Source of the DNA: Lama glama
Taxonomy: Eukaryota
Assembly (NCBI GenBank): GCA_028534125.1
Contig: CM052817.1
Coordinates: forward strand, 51,090,001 to 51,154,000
Reading direction: 5' to 3'
Length of the DNA stretch: 64,000 nucleotides
A model generated the notes under the pieces. It was not told the DNA's origin. It did not search any database and saw only the letters and a list, made by a program, of their open reading frames with translations. This document shows, one piece after another, positions 12,345 to 24,355 of the stretch (position 1 is the first letter of the stretch; every line of letters starts with the position of its first letter). Position numbers and translations under genes: made by a program.

Positions 12345-12605
12345 ATCATTAGTCAGTCTCAGATTACAAAAGGCCTTTCAAACTATGGTTCAGAGTTAAA
12401 ATTTTATTCTCAGCATGATGGAGATCTTTATAGGATTTTCAGCAGAAAAGACACACACTTTGATTTATATTAAAAATATCAGCTTTGGCTTTAAGTGTAC
12501 CAAGAATAGTCTACAGTGGGTAGAGGGTAAGAATGGAAGCAAAGAGAAGCTAGGATGCTAACACAGAAGTCTGACATAGACAGGATCGTGGCTAGGACAC
12601 AGGTA
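12345..12605 (-). mobile_element. L2 fragment
   Basis: attttattctcagcatgatggagatc...ggattttcagcag...gatttatatt...gtaagaatggaagc resembles antisense L2. Confidence 0.7.
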
Positions 12606-13879
12606 CTGTTCTTTCTGCCAATCTGTCTTCTTTCCTCAGTTTCAAATCGTTAAATGTCTTACAAATAATTTTTTCTTACTTTCTGAGAAGAGAATCCATT
12701 GTAAGTGGGTCTTAAACTCACCCTTCTTTACTCTTCCATTGTTTCCCTGTGGATGTTATAGTTTTTCAGGCATTTTTTCAAAAGTTGTTCTACTTTAGAG
12801 CTCAGTGGAGTACTTTTATTTGCAACCATTTCCTCAGCATCTCTTATTTCATATAATTCTTTACAGTCTCTATATCTTTCCTTGAATACAAGAGATTCAA
12901 TTTAAAGTAGGAACTCAAGTTTTCTACAAGGTAAAATCAGACATTGGAGTGATACTACTCAGTCTAAATATGGAATTAATCCTTATTTTACATTAGAGTC
13001 AAGCACTCTAAATCCTCCTGATAACAACAGCCCACAGAAAATGAAGTGAGATGTTAGGATTTATCTGTAGTGGTTTTGCCCAGATGATTCACTCAGTGGT
13101 ATTCTGTCAATTTATTTTTATCTAATGAGGAAATAAATGTCTATGAAGGTATTTTATTTGATATTTCCCAGCGTATTACTTTTAACACTCCTAGATATAA
13201 CATATCAAGCACACACGCATAAAAAAATAGTAGTTATGTTTCAAGCCTTTTAGTATAAAATAGTTAAATTTACCATCTAGAGAAATTGTGAACAAAATGT
13301 TTGAATGGTCAGTAAACCTAATATTTGAATAATATGTTATTTCATATATGTCTTAAGAAATTTAAAATTTCTTTTGATCAAGGCTTTTTTAGATATTAAG
13401 CCATGTACCAAAACTGACCTAATCATATATAATCCTCATTTAAGACTAATAAATTAAATTAGGATCTCATACTTTAAGGTTATTAGATTAACTATGAAAA
13501 TTGCCACTTTGTGTAGGTCAAAATGTTTTGATACTGTCAATTTAAATTGATTCAAACTATATTTATATAGACAGATTATGAACTGAATCAAATACATGTA
13601 TAGGAAATACTTCTAACAGGCTCAATTTAAGATTTTGTGCAAACTGATAAAAATATACAATAAAAGATACTTCTAGGTAGATATGGAATTCTGTGAACTT
13701 ATATATCTCACACTTTAATTGATGGATGTTACCTTATGTCTAAGAATACTCTCTCCACTCAGAATAGCTCTTAAATCCTAGAATCAACAGGGTCCACTCT
13801 TTTTTTCTTTTGTTGTTCATATAAATTTAACTGCTGCTCTACAATATATATCTATCATTAGGTATGTCTGTCTTCCCAA

Positions 13880-14868
13880 AGCCAAATCATGTATTTAATT
13901 CTGCAATATATCCTTTTAGGTTGTATCCAGGTATTTTAAATTTAATATATGAAGAATAACCATTTTTCCCTCCCATCACATTTTCTGCCATGTTCTTTCA
14001 AGCCTTGGATGGTGACACCACCAAGCGCCCAATCTGAAGACAAACAATCTTGATGTCAACCTGTACTACAAAGCTACAGTAATCAAAACAGTATGGTACT
14101 GGCATAAAAACAGACACCTAGATCAATGGAACAGGATAGAAAGTCCAGAAATAAACCAATGCACTTACGGTCAATTATTCTATGACAATGGAGGGAAGAA
14201 TACACAATAGAGAAAAGACAGTCTCTTCAATAAGTGGTGCTGGGAAAACTGAACAACTACCTGTAAGAGACTAAAATTAGAAAATTCTCCATCATCATAT
14301 ACAAAAATAAACTCAAAATAGGTTGACGGCTTAAATATAAGACCAGATACTTTAAAACTCCTATAGGAAAACATAGGCAAGAACACTCATGGACATAAAT
14401 CACAGTATTATTTTTGGACCAGCTCCTGCAGTAATGGAAATAAAAGCAAAAATAAACAAATGGGATCTAATTAAACTTAAAAGCTTTTGCACAACTAAGG
14501 ATACCATCAATAAAATGAAAAGACAACCTACAGAATGGGAGAAAATATTTTCAAATGACGTGACCAACAAGAGACTAGGTTCTCTTTTCCTGACTTCCAT
14601 TTCCAGTCAATAAACAAAATATGCTGATTCTACCTCAGAAATGTATCTTAATTATTGACTCTTGTTTCTGCCTCCAGAGATATTGCCTCAGTTCAGGCCC
14701 TCATCATGTCTCTTCAGATTGTAACAAAGGACTCTTAATGATGTTTCCTGAGACTAGGTAAAATTTCCTCTTCTGTTAAACTGATTAAACACGTATCTTT
14801 TTATATAACCAAAAAAAAAAAAAAGATGATGTTATCAACCCTAAGATTAAAATTTTCTACTGGCTCTT
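13880..14868 (+). mobile_element. L2 fragment split by an internal L1 piece
   Basis: atggtgacaccacc...atcttgatgtcaacc on the left and tctcttttcctgacttccatttccagtca...gattctacctc...gttcaggccctcatcat on the right are consecutive L2 motifs. Confidence 0.7.
14058..14577 (+). mobile_element. Internal L1 ORF2 fragment with no 3' UTR or tail
   Basis: Well preserved ORF2 (tactacaaagctacagtaatcaaaacagtatggtactgg; KAKINKWDLIKLKSFCTTKDTINKMKRQPTEWEKIF). Ends abruptly. Confidence 0.95.
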
Positions 14869-15050
14869 TTAAAAACAACTTTTTATTAAGATACAGTGGA
14901 CATATTATATTAGCTTCATGTGTTCAACATACTGATTTGGTATTTGTATGTATTGTGAAATGATCACCACAGTAAGTCTAGTTGACATCCATCACTACAC
15001 ATTGCTATGATTTTTTTTTTCTTGGAATCAGAACTTTTAAGATCTACTCT

Positions 15051-16262
15051 TTTTTTTTTTAAGTATAGTCAGTTTACAATGTGCCAATTTCTAGTGTAAA
15101 GCACATTTCACTCATACATATTTATATATATATTTCTTTTCACATTCTTTTCCATTATAGGTTACTATAAGATATTGATTATAGTTCCCTGTGCTATACA
15201 GTATAAACTTGTTTATTTTTATATACAGTAGTTAGTATCTGCAAATCTCAAACTCCCATACTATTCAGCCATAAAAACCAATAACATAATGCCATTTGCA
15301 GCAACATGGATGTTCCTGGAGAATTTCATTCTAAGTGAAGTAAGCCAGAAAGAGAAAGAAAAATACCATATGAGATTGCTAATATGTGGAATCTAAAAAA
15401 AAAAAAACCCAAAAACAAAAAACCATAAATACAAAACAGAAACAGACTCATAGACATAGAATGCAAACTTGTGGTTGCCAGGGGGACAGGGGGTGGGAAG
15501 GGACAGACTGGGATTTCAAAATGTAGAATAGATAAACAAGATTGTACTGTGTTGCACAGGGAAATATATACAGGATCTTACAGCTCACAGCGAAAGAGAA
15601 TGTGACAATGAATGTATGTATGTTCATGAATAACTGAAAAATTGTGCTCTACACTGGAATTTGACACAACATTGTAAAATGACTATAACTCAATAAAAAA
15701 AAGTTTAAAAATAAAATAAAATAAAGTTTTTAAACTCATGCAAAAAAAAAAAAATCTCAAACTCCCAAGTTATCCCTTCCCACCTCTTTTCCCTCTGGTA
15801 ACCATAAGTTTGTTTTCTATGTCTGAATCTGTTTCTGTTTCGTAAGTAAGTTCCTTTGTATCTTCTTTTTTAGATTATGAGTGATATCACATGGAATTTT
15901 TCTTTCTCTTTCTGGCTTATTTCACTTAGCATGACAATCTCCAGGGCCATCCATGTTGTCACAAATGGCATTATTTTGTTCTTTTTCATGGCTGAGTAGT
16001 ATTCCATTATATAAATATACCACAGCTTCTTTATCCAGTCATCTGTTGATGGACATTTAGGTTGCTTCCATGTTTACTATTGTAAACAATGCTGCTATAA
16101 AAGTGGGGTGCATGTATCTTTTTGAATTAGTGTTTCCTCTAGATGTATGCCCAGGAGGGGGATTGCTGGATAAGGTAAGTCTAATTTTAGTTTTTTGAGG
16201 AATCTCCATACTGTTTTCCATAATGGCTGCACCAAACTACATTCCCACAAACAGTGTAAAAT
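15051..16262 (-). mobile_element. Younger L1 3' end (middle layer of the nest)
   Basis: Poly-T followed by aagtatagtcagtttacaatg. Encodes the ORF2 C-terminus ([24 protein letters not shown]). Confidence 0.95.
15259..15751 (+). mobile_element. Youngest L1 3' end (inner layer) with perfect 16-bp TSD
   Basis: TSD aaatctcaaactccca at 15243-15258 and 15752-15767; intact 3' UTR and A-tail. Confidence 0.96.
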
Positions 16263-19019
16263 CTTAGCAATTTTCAACTATACAGGGTTTTTAGCTTGTT
16301 TTTGTGTTTTAGTATTAGACACAAAAGTTTTCATTTCTTTCACATAATATAAACATTTTAACTTACAGTTCAGCTTTACTGAGGTCCATATCTAAGAGTA
16401 AAATGCCAAGAGCACAGGAAAGCTGGGTGGAGGGGATCCTCATAATGAGGCACTAAGTGAGAAATCTTACTCAACCACTCTACTCAACAAGCTTGAAGGA
16501 AGCCCATGCAGGTCCCTGAGAAAGAGTCATTGTGACTTATGCCCTAAGAAAATCATACTCTGTACTCCCTCCTCAGAGAATGCTTATGAAGGTCCTCAGA
16601 AAAGAGAGGTCCCTGATGAATGATCACTGATAAAATCCTAATGCAGAGTTAGTCCTCTGAGGAGCGGCTGTTTTAATAGTGGGGGTTTTCTTCTTAACCA
16701 GAGTATCTCATTGGAACAGCTACACTAAAGTTACACCCCAGCTACTCTTACAGTTATGAGTTCCACTTTAGTCAGACTGTTTCCTGGGTGGTACCCAACA
16801 TTAGTAAGCAGTCCCTTTCTCTGAACACTCGGGATATATTATCTGGTGAGATCCTGGGCCTTCAGCTGAGCCTGGGGAAGCTCACTAATGCCTCCAGCAA
16901 ATGAACAGAGCTAGAAGGTCAAAGGGAGCCTTAGGTGAATGGATGTAAGTTATTCTGTAGGGCAGCCAGACAGATGGTTTTAGGTAGGAGGAATATGAAC
17001 ATTATCTCTAACCCTTCTAGATATATAGTGACTACCCCTGATACCCAAACACAAGAGGCAATCTTAAGAAGGTAAAACCTATTTGAGGGCTGCTCTTTCT
17101 TCTGACAGACTTACCAGAACATTCTGGAGGGTACTACTGACTATCTTAAAAATAAGCCCTCCTCTAATCTTGTCTCAAACTACACGGATAGCCCCATTTC
17201 TTGTCAAGCCACTGTACCTTGTTTTTCTGATACTTTGAAATTCTCATTATGATATGATGAGTTTATCAGTATTATTATTGTTATTTACATAATCTTTTCT
17301 GGTAACTTATTTTCTTAATATTTTTTCCCCATCTGCCTAATGACTCTGCCTTTATTCCTCATAGTTCATTGGTAATTTCATACTTTTCCTTCAGAACCAA
17401 GTTAAAAATGTCACGTCATAAAATCTTTTCTAACTCCAGAAGGAGTTATGCTTTTCGTGTTACCAAAGGAAATTATTATGTATTATAAGCGATTTTATTA
17501 GTCTTAAGTCTCCAGCTTTGGCAAAAATGCAAGGCATATATGTTAGTTCCTCAAAAATGTTTGTCAAATTGAAATAAATATCCCAAATATCAGTCTTTTA
17601 GAAGTCCCACTTAAGACAGGCTAATTAACTCCCCTGTTAATTAAAACCTACTTTCAGTTAAAAAATATACATTTATAGTTGAGGATTAGTATTAGGTGAG
17701 ATCTATTAGAAACTATGATCTGTTTTGCAGATAATAATTAAATATTAAATTGTAACTATCATTTGTACTTATACATTTATCAATATGACAATAGAGAATA
17801 CCTGTTTTAATTTAGAAACATTATGAAAAACACTGAAATCGCTCTCTTCTTAGAGATTAACATTTGATGAGGAAAGGTACAAGCATTTTTTTTTGGTACT
17901 GGATAGCAATGACTCTCAAGACATTATTTTACTAAATTGAGTTTCTTTTTCATCCATATCTTTCTGCTGAAAAGACAAAGATTAAATGAATCAGAGATTC
18001 TAACTTTTGCAGGAAAAAACAAGCCTAATGTTCAAAAAAAAAAAAAAAGGATAAGCCTGCATTTTGTTTTCTCTGAATTCATTTTACTTGATTTTTGTTC
18101 AGTATAAGGAGGAGTAACATTGATTGCAATGAACCTGCTCTACATAGGCCATGTAAAGATCACTGTGGATTTGATTGTGGGGTGGGTGTCCAGCCTATTC
18201 TTTTATTCTCTTTTAGAATCTTTTTTTACAAGGAGAACAATACAATGTAATTGGATTTTAAACTGAAAAAATAAAAAAAAAACTACACACTATAGATAAT
18301 ATCCTCAAAACATTGCTTTCTTACTTTCTGTAGTTATAGTGCTTTAAGGATACATCCTTAGATATGGCAAGATGAAAGATGTTAAATTCAAATTAAAGCT
18401 TCTAATGAAGTGGGAATGTATAGCAATTTTTGAAGGTGAGGAAAATTATTGAAACAGTAGTCTTCATTCCAAAACTTGCAATAAAAATAGTGAAGTTCAA
18501 GATTTCAAGATACTTTAACACTTTAAAGCAAATCATTGCGTATCTCATTTTTGCACTATATTTATTCCCTCAAAGATGACTAATTTATTGACATGTATCT
18601 GATATTTTATACTTTGTCTTTCTTAATCATGCTGAATCCAAATTTATACATATTTTCTCCTGAGATTTCTCATTTTCTAGATCAGGATTTCTTTATGGCC
18701 AATGATATTTTGGATTCTATTTGCAGAATAACCCAAATAATGGATGCAAACATATTTAATCAAGGGATAGGATATAACAGGGAATTTTTAATATTAAATA
18801 TTTATTAGTTATTATTAATCCAGTAATACAGTCTTTCCTGAATGCTTTTTAGTTATGGTTTTCAAATGTCCAGGGTCTAAAGTGTAGGACAGTAAGAACC
18901 ATAACCTTGGCCACGAAGACCTCAAAACCTCGATGAGGTCAGCTTGTGCCGTAACTTTACTACATAGATAATCATTATGGGTATTGTCCTCAGTGGTTCT
19001 AGCCTAAGAAGCATAAAGA

Positions 19020-19520
19020 CTTAAGTAATAAAGAAGAAATCGACAGAAAACAGAAAAAGAGTAAGTCTCATAATAACCCACAGTCCTCGTTCTTGGGAAA
19101 AATTAACAAGTTTAACTGATAGCTAACATTGCAGTTAGTAAGGGAGAAATCACAAATAGGCAAAATAAGAAATGACAAGGAGAAGACACTATTAGAAGAG
19201 AAGAAACAAAGTTCTACAAGTGTCTATTTTGTAGAATTCTATGCAAACACATATGGAAACATCAGTAAAAGGAAAATTTTACTTGAAAAATGCAATTTTT
19301 CACATTGACCACAATAGAAGTCATAAACTGAAATACATTCATTCCTGACAATGAATAGAGAAGGCTACCAAGGAATTATCTCCAAAACCATCAGCCCCAG
19401 TTACCTTCACAGGAGAATGGACCTTTGAAAACCAGACAGTCCCAATGATAAATTGTTCCAAAGAATATGCAATGAAGGAAAACAACTACATTTATTTTCT
19501 AAAGGAAGTATGTCACATGA
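19020..19520 (+). mobile_element. Old L1M ORF2 fragment
   Basis: aaaataagaaatgacaagg; ctatgcaaacac; catcagccccag...ttcacaggagaat; aaattgttccaaagaata appear in L1 ORF2 order. Confidence 0.7.
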
Positions 19521-20589
19521 CCATCAGCAGGTATTTGTCTCACAGAGAAAAATGGAAGATGTTGAGCAAAGAGCCTCTTACCTTCCTTTTAGACATACCC
19601 TTTTCAATGATTACTGATACCACTAAGGATACTCCTTTGCGTGGGCACTGGAACTCATTGCTAACATCCTGGAATCCTATCTAATGTTTTTCCTAATGTT
19701 CTTAATGAATGTATTTTCATTTGGAGTAATATAGAGATACAATATAGAATTAAATTTTATCATTTTTAAATTTCCTAAAATTCACAAAAACTTCAAAAAG
19801 ACTGAGTGGGGGAAATAATGGCTGATATGTTTTGCTCTTGGGGTTGTCACTATTGCTGTTTCCTTGGTGAAGTAACTTCCACGACTACTGAGACAGTTTG
19901 AAGAAGCCAATCCTCCATTGTATGTGCTGCGCTAGATTTCATCTAAATTTCTTCCCAAAATGAATATGTGATGAAATTAAGTAAAATAAGCTTTAATAGA
20001 TGAAAATGTGAAAGTCCCTAAAATGAATTCATTTTAGTTGAGATCTAGCTTTCTTTGAATGTATTTTATAATTTAAAATGAAAGAAAAAACTGCATTCAA
20101 TTATATATTTACAAAAAGGTAGTAACTATTTAATTTTGACATGCTCCCTTTAAATTAAAATGTGTGCATATTCAAGAATTTAAATAAATTTTATAACTAT
20201 ATCTGTTGGAATAAAAGCTGTTGATTATTATTTAGATCATTCTTAGGCTGTGAAGAAGTAAGACTTTTAGAATTCACGATGTTTTAGATTTCCTAAGTAT
20301 TATCCTGTCAGGGTATCTGAAATGCAACATTAATCCCAATATATTTTCTCACAATTTAGCTGCCTGCACCACTGGTACATTTATTTTGTCCAAATGTGTA
20401 TTTTTATTAAAAAAAATTCAAAGTTGCTGTGAGGGGTATTTCACAGAAAAATAATGAAAAATGGCTAGTGACCTTCATCCCTACTCATAGTAGAAGGAAC
20501 AAATCAAAACAATGATAAAGATTTTTCAATTTGTGAGAACTGCAAATGTATTTTAAAATCTGAAATTTTAATACTTTTAATAGTGTAGG

Positions 20590-21205
20590 GAGATGAAAAG
20601 TATTATGCAAAAATGTAAAGGGTTATATATCTATCAGATTTACAAATATACATGACCCTTGCCATGTCAAAGCAATTTCAGAATAAGAATTTGTCTAGGC
20701 AGACTACCTATGTGAGAGCATGTTCAGTTCAATATTAGTTGTAGTTAAGAGAAAAATGGAGGCAACCCATGTTTCAATAAGTTGAGAAATGTGTAATTAA
20801 TGAACAAATATCCTTAGAAAATATAACAAAGAGTCCAAATGTTCCTCAATAGGAAAATTATTTCAATAATTCATGGCATATCCTAAAATAAATTCTATTC
20901 CTTGGGAAATAAAATCATTCTAAGTTGATTTGTAAGGAATTCAAAGATAAATTAAAATGAAAGTTGCTGAAGAGTATGAAAAGTATGAAGACATGTCTAT
21001 AAACTAAATACACTTATATGCTGGTGCATGCACATAAATAGTAGGAAAACACACAGAAAACTGGTAATAGCAATCATGTAACAGTAGGGCAGATGGGGGT
21101 TTGGAGAAGTCAGGAAGGTTTTGTTTTTTTTTTAATTACATACATTTTGTGTTTTCTTTACTGTTTACATTCATCACACTGTTTTAAAATAAATGTATAA
21201 ATAAA
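20590..21205 (+). mobile_element. Old L1ME-like 3' fragment
   Basis: aaatatacatgacccttg...agcaatttc; aaatggaggcaaccc; ccaaatgttcctcaatagg. Confidence 0.6.
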
Positions 21206-21379
21206 GGTGAGTTAAACCACAATATTTAATGTGGATCTGACTTGTGATTGCTGTGATATAATCATATACCTTATTCATTTAATTTCCAAAAAAATTTCCA
21301 AAGGGAAAACAATGAAAGAGAATAAAGGACAAAGGAAGGAGAGACACAGAAACAAGTATGGGAGGGCAGGGAGAACAGG

Positions 21380-21879
21380 NNNNNNNNNNNNNNNNNNNNN
21401 NNNNNNNNNNNNNNNNNNNNNNNNNNNNNNNNNNNNNNNNNNNNNNNNNNNNNNNNNNNNNNNNNNNNNNNNNNNNNNNNNNNNNNNNNNNNNNNNNNNN
21501 NNNNNNNNNNNNNNNNNNNNNNNNNNNNNNNNNNNNNNNNNNNNNNNNNNNNNNNNNNNNNNNNNNNNNNNNNNNNNNNNNNNNNNNNNNNNNNNNNNNN
21601 NNNNNNNNNNNNNNNNNNNNNNNNNNNNNNNNNNNNNNNNNNNNNNNNNNNNNNNNNNNNNNNNNNNNNNNNNNNNNNNNNNNNNNNNNNNNNNNNNNNN
21701 NNNNNNNNNNNNNNNNNNNNNNNNNNNNNNNNNNNNNNNNNNNNNNNNNNNNNNNNNNNNNNNNNNNNNNNNNNNNNNNNNNNNNNNNNNNNNNNNNNNN
21801 NNNNNNNNNNNNNNNNNNNNNNNNNNNNNNNNNNNNNNNNNNNNNNNNNNNNNNNNNNNNNNNNNNNNNNNNNNNNNNN
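21380..21879. other. Assembly gap (exactly 500 N)
   Basis: Run of N. Confidence 1.
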
Positions 21880-24355
21880 CCCCCCCCCAAATCAAAGGCC
21901 ACATCCCATGTACTCAGACTGTATTAAGCTGCTCTAATAAAGATACTAAATGTATCCTGGCTATTGAAATTGGGGCTATCACATGGTTGTGCTTGCAGTT
22001 ATCCACAGGAATTCTCCAGAATTCTCTAGACTGGCAAAGTAAATGAAGGTATTATAAAGGACAATGACTGTGCATTCTTGAGATACTCAGAAGTGACTAA
22101 ACATCATTTCACCTGCCCCTGCCCACACACAAGGCTGTTACTTTTTTTTCATTTACTCCCTTGGAAGTTGAGGTTTCAGAAGGTCCCATTTGACCTTCCT
22201 CACTATAATAGGTTTACTTCACAGACCAAGAGCCTAATATAAAGGTTGCTTTGCAGAAACAGACTCTAAGAATAGAAACAAATTTGTGGTTACCAGGGTG
22301 GGAGGAAGGTTGGAGGGGATAAATTGTGAGAGATTTGCAGATACTAACTGATATATATAGAATAGATAAACAATTTCATGCTGTATAGTGCAGGGAACTA
22401 TATTTGATATCTTGTAGTAACATGGTGAAAAATATGAAAAAGAATAAATTTATGTTCATGTATGACAAGCATTATGCTGTATACCAGAAATTGACACAAC
22501 ATTGTAAACTGACTATACTTCAGTAAAAAATATATACAAACAAAGGCTGCTTAAAGTGCCAAGTATGTCAGTCTCAATTACATAGTCAGAGTTTTGGGAA
22601 CTGACCAACAAATGAGTATGTGTAACTTGGAGGCTCACTGTAGGTGAGACTTTAGCCAGGCTTTCATGTTGTACATGATTCTAATATGCCAGCATTTTTC
22701 CGAGAACTATGATAATGTTTAGAGTCTGAGTATTAATATCATCTGAGACCCTGTTTTCAGCAGTTATTAAAATGTCTGTTATTCCCCTTTCCCCAGCATA
22801 GGGTACACATGAGTGAAGACTGGCTTTAGGGTATATGAAGGAAAGACACATATACTTGCTCTGTGGTTGCAGAGTCTTTCCTCTTGGGGACCACTCAGCA
22901 TTTAATTCAACAGTTTAAGCTCTGAAAAGTGTCTTATTCCCAGGAATTAGGTAAGGGGCCTTGAACTTTTATTGAGGTAACCACCCTTGGACTCCTACTT
23001 ATCCAGTTTTCCCTTCTTTTATGTATATCACGCAGAACCTGACTGGCTGCCCACTTATTTTGCCCTCAGGGATGCCAAAGTCTAGTTTTTATTTGCCTAA
23101 TCCTATATGGGTACAGTTAGCGTAACAGCAATTCTCACCATGCTGGTATGGTAACTGTGACCACCCGGTGTCTGGCATTTTAGCATGACCATTTGGTATC
23201 TATTTCTTTGAGGCCCATCATCCTGAAACCAACTAAGCAGTGTGACAGCCTTTCCTGCCGTTAGCCCTAGCTATAGAGAAGGGCCAACCAACACTGAATG
23301 TCTTAGTGAAACTGATGCATCTGTCACCAGCTCATTATGACTTTAGTGAATGGGGTAGTGGTTCTTCTGCCCTAAGGTAATATAAACACTTTGCCATGCC
23401 CACTTTCCTGGGCCTTTTAATCCCTCTCACTAGCACCTGCTATAGAAATCCAAATATTTTCATATCACTCAACAAGGCCTACATTCTCTCCAGGTTTATA
23501 GAAATCATCCAAACTGCTCATCAGCATCTACTTCTGGGTTTCTTACCTAGGTATTATATACTGTATCTCAGAAATATCCTCAAATCAATAAATTCTCTTT
23601 TCCAATCTTACGTTTCAGGTCCCCTTGGTTATCAAGCATCCTCTTAATCCAGTTGCACTGACACTCCTAGCTCCTGATGAGATGTGCTGGCTAACTTTTC
23701 AGCTCCTTTGGGTCACTGACTCTTTTCTCCCTCATCAGGTCTAGCATATGCCTGGCTGGATTATGCTACAGTTGGCAGTAACCAAAGAGTTGGGAAAAGA
23801 TCTTAAGAGACCAGAATCTTCTATGTTGTGGGAAAGAGGCCTCTTCAGTGGCTTTCTATTCAAGGAAAGCAACAGGTTTTTATTAGCTAAGGGTGGACCA
23901 CTTCTGCAAATTTAGGGTTTAAAAGGCAGGGGAGCCAAATCTTGGGTATATGTATGCAGATGCCCCCATGCCTGAATGCCTGAAATTTTGAACCAGGACC
24001 CTAACTTGAGCATAACAGACCTTCATCAGCTGTTGATTCCATGGGTCTTTAAAACTCGGACTCTAAATACTCAATCCTGAGTTTAGTCTTTACATTTTCC
24101 TGCTCTCCTCTTACAACAGACAAGTGCCTCTTTGTAAGCTACCAAAAGACCCTTGACCTTCATACTTAGTCTTCAATATTTGTATTAACAGTTCTGCTTT
24201 TCATTTGCTGTAGGATGTCAATACAACTGAGGATCAGTCACCCAATTCCATTGCCCTTGTATGCATTGCACCACCCCCCCAAACCTTTTCAAACTCCTAA
24301 ATTATTGTACTGAACAAGATAGCTTCTTCCACTGGAACATTCTCCCAAGTATTTG
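21880..24355 (-). mobile_element. Decayed class III ERV internal region (ERV3-16A3/HERV16-like gag-pro-5' pol)
   Basis: The minus strand gives WGKGNN and LLKTGSQMILIL (ERVL protease consensus WGKGNNQTF..LLDTGSELTLIP) at about 22725-22800. gtggataactgcaagcacaaccatgtgatagccccaatt near 21970-22007 corresponds to RT VDYRKLNQVVTPI. gag-start-like sequence near 24200-24350. Confidence 0.85.
22252..22541 (+). mobile_element. Short young L1 3' end with 11-bp TSD, inside the ERV
   Basis: TSD aaaggttgctt (22241-22251) and aaaggctgctt (22542-22552); homologous to the 1071, 6053 and 15259 copies. Confidence 0.93.

Larger units (their letters stand above)
14878..16285 (-). mobile_element. L1MA9-like 3' end (outer host: 14878-15050 and about 16263-16285)
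   Basis: gtgaaatgatcaccacagtaagtctagtt...aacttttaagatctactct is continued by cttagcaattttcaa after the inserts. Confidence 0.85.

Noticed and set aside
18815..19010. Minus-strand open frame of about 62 codons after an AG acceptor
   Set aside because: No recognisable protein, no good donor and no partner exons.
21231..22046. Longest ORFs in the track
   Set aside because: Artefacts of reading through the N gap.
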